Positions 62,742-64,000 of a stretch of 64,000 bases of DNA are shown one piece after another. The position numbers and the translations under genes are program-made. The DNA is from a virus: the IMG/VR virus record IMGVR_UViG_3300008262_000025, positions 1 through 64,000 of that record. The stretch is one strand, 5' to 3'. The first letter of the stretch is position 1. Each line of letters begins with the position of its first letter. The notes beneath the pieces were generated by a model. That model was not told where the DNA came from. It saw nothing but the letters and a program-made list of their open reading frames with translations, and searched no databases.

Positions 62742-63073
62742 TAGTTTTTATTTAAATTGTTTAATAATTCTTCAGATAGTATAATTCTTATCATATCTAT
62801 ATTGTTTTGGTAAAAAGATATAATATCATCTTTTAATTGAATAGCTAATACAACGGCTAATTCTTCTTTAGTTAAATCAGTATTTAATTCTTCTACTATT
62901 TGAGATAAAGAATAAGTATCTTTTTGATTTTTGTTAACAAGTTGAGATGATATATTTAGAATAATCTTCTTTTTTAAATACTCAAATTTTACTTGTAACT
63001 CTATCAGTTCTTCTGGTGTAATACCTAAAGATTGTGATATGTCGTTTTCAGTGTGTTTAAAATTAAAAGTCAT
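62741..63073 (-). CDS. Hypothetical protein, paralog of 62457..62741
   Basis: Same shared pattern. Confidence 0.6.
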   Translation of the reverse strand: MTFNFKHTENDISQSLGITPEELIELQVKFEYLKKKIILNISSQLVNKNQKDTYSLSQIVEELNTDLTKEELAVVLAIQLKDDIISFYQNNIDMIRIILSEELLNNLNKN

Positions 63074-63999
63074 TTCTTTTTAATGTTTAATTGTATATTA
63101 ATAAATAATAATTCTAGACTAAGTCTTTTATTATGAGATAAATGATACCTTACAGAACACTCATCTATCAAACTTAAAACTTTAAATAAAGAGGCAGAAC
63201 CTATTTTATCAAACTGGTTTTTCATTCTTTGTTTTTGTTCTTCAGGAATGTACACTAATTCAGAAATTTTATCATTTTTTAACATGAATAATTTTCTAAA
63301 ATAGACAGCACTGTTTGTCATTATATCTTTTATATCATTACCTTCCTTGATTAACCTATCAAGTAGAAGCATCATGTCATCCATCTTACCATCAATCATA
63401 AAGTCTGTTAATTCTGTAAAAATAGAATCATCAATGTAATTTAACACAGATTCTAATTCTTTTAAATTAAGAGAATCATTAGTAGAAAACATACATTTTT
63501 CTAATAATGTCAAAGCATCTCTCATAGATCCATTAGCTTTCTCAGCTATAATGTAAAGTAACTTTTCTTCATAATCTTTGTTATAATCTTTACATATTCC
63601 ACTCATAGTATTAACTATTGAGTTCATGCTAATATTATTAAGATTAAAAACAGTACACCTTGATTTTATAGTATCAGGTATTTTATTAACTTCTGTTGTG
63701 CAAAGAATAAATAAAACATGCTTATATGGTTCTTCTAAAGGTTTTAAAAGAACATCAAAAGCTGCTTTACTAAGCATATGTACCTCGTCAATAATATAAA
63801 CTTTTCTCTTAGAATCATAAGGAGGTATCTTTAATTGTAAAACTAAACTCCTTACATCATCTATGCTGTTATGAGATGCAGCATCTATTTCATGAATATC
63901 TATATTAGATGTTTGAAGTTCATTAGCAACAATTCTTGCTAAAGTTGTTTTACCTGTACCGTGTTTACCAGTAAAAATGATATTAGATATTTCATCTTT
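63070..63999 (-). CDS. dnaX: DNA polymerase III gamma/tau-like clamp loader ATPase, 5'-truncated by the window end
   Basis: Frame open to the window end: GKHGTGKTT, EIDAAS..S.DDVR, KVYIIDEVHMLS..AF..LLK.LEEP, TI.SRC, GSMRDA. Confidence 0.93.
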   Translation of the reverse strand, partial: KDEISNIIFTGKHGTGKTTLARIVANELQTSNIDIHEIDAASHNSIDDVRSLVLQLKIPPYDSKRKVYIIDEVHMLSKAAFDVLLKPLEEPYKHVLFILCTTEVNKIPDTIKSRCTVFNLNNISMNSIVNTMSGICKDYNKDYEEKLLYIIAEKANGSMRDALTLLEKCMFSTNDSLNLKELESVLNYIDDSIFTELTDFMIDGKMDDMMLLLDRLIKEGNDIKDIMTNSAVYFRKLFMLKNDKISELVYIPEEQKQRMKNQFDKIGSASLFKVLSLIDECSVRYHLSHNKRLSLELLFINIQLNIKKK

Positions 64000-64000
64000 T

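Noticed and set aside
1-64000. Stop-codon reassignment (TAG or TGA), as in some crAss-like phages
   Set aside because: Genes up to 13.7 kb are uninterrupted in code 11, and TAG ends well-defined genes (polB, aaRS-like). TAG read-through at 872 would not reach the downstream frame.
1-64000. CRISPR array or DGR template/variable repeats
   Set aside because: No regularly spaced repeats, no reverse transcriptase and no long adenine-mismatched repeat pair were seen by eye.

Overview
Very AT-rich fragment of a crAss-like (Crassvirales-type) phage genome, probably with a Bacteroidota host (TAnnTTTG promoter motifs), read in the standard genetic code. Positions 1-32.2 kb hold three giant putative virion-ejected proteins. 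The first is a + strand gene open at the window start and split by a -1 frameshift near 815. The second is a 3981-aa polyvalent protein (nucleotidyltransferase, zincin, ART-like, PD-(D/E)XK and TM modules). The third is a 4573-aa virion RNA polymerase with a DFDID motif. Positions 32.3-64 kb hold a - strand replication and metabolism module: dUTPase, 5'-3' exonuclease, degenerate UDG, primase, SSB, Sak4-like ATPase, DnaB, PolB split by a group I intron carrying a GIY-YIG endonuclease, SplB-like radical SAM, AAA+ ATPases, Dda-like helicase, DnaJ, an AsnRS-like catalytic domain, ThyX and DnaX. Most notable observations: (i) the only cysteines seen in about 10,700 residues of the giant proteins sit at their termini, in a pattern that fits head-to-tail linkage; (ii) a K-x-G-K-L-T motif recurs at module boundaries of two giant proteins; (iii) an anticodon-less mini tRNA-like element overlaps the stop codon of an aaRS paralog that lacks the anticodon-binding domain; (iv) two apparently inactive ABC-ATPase paralogs could be anti-defence decoys. 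All family calls come from motif recognition by eye; no searches were run.
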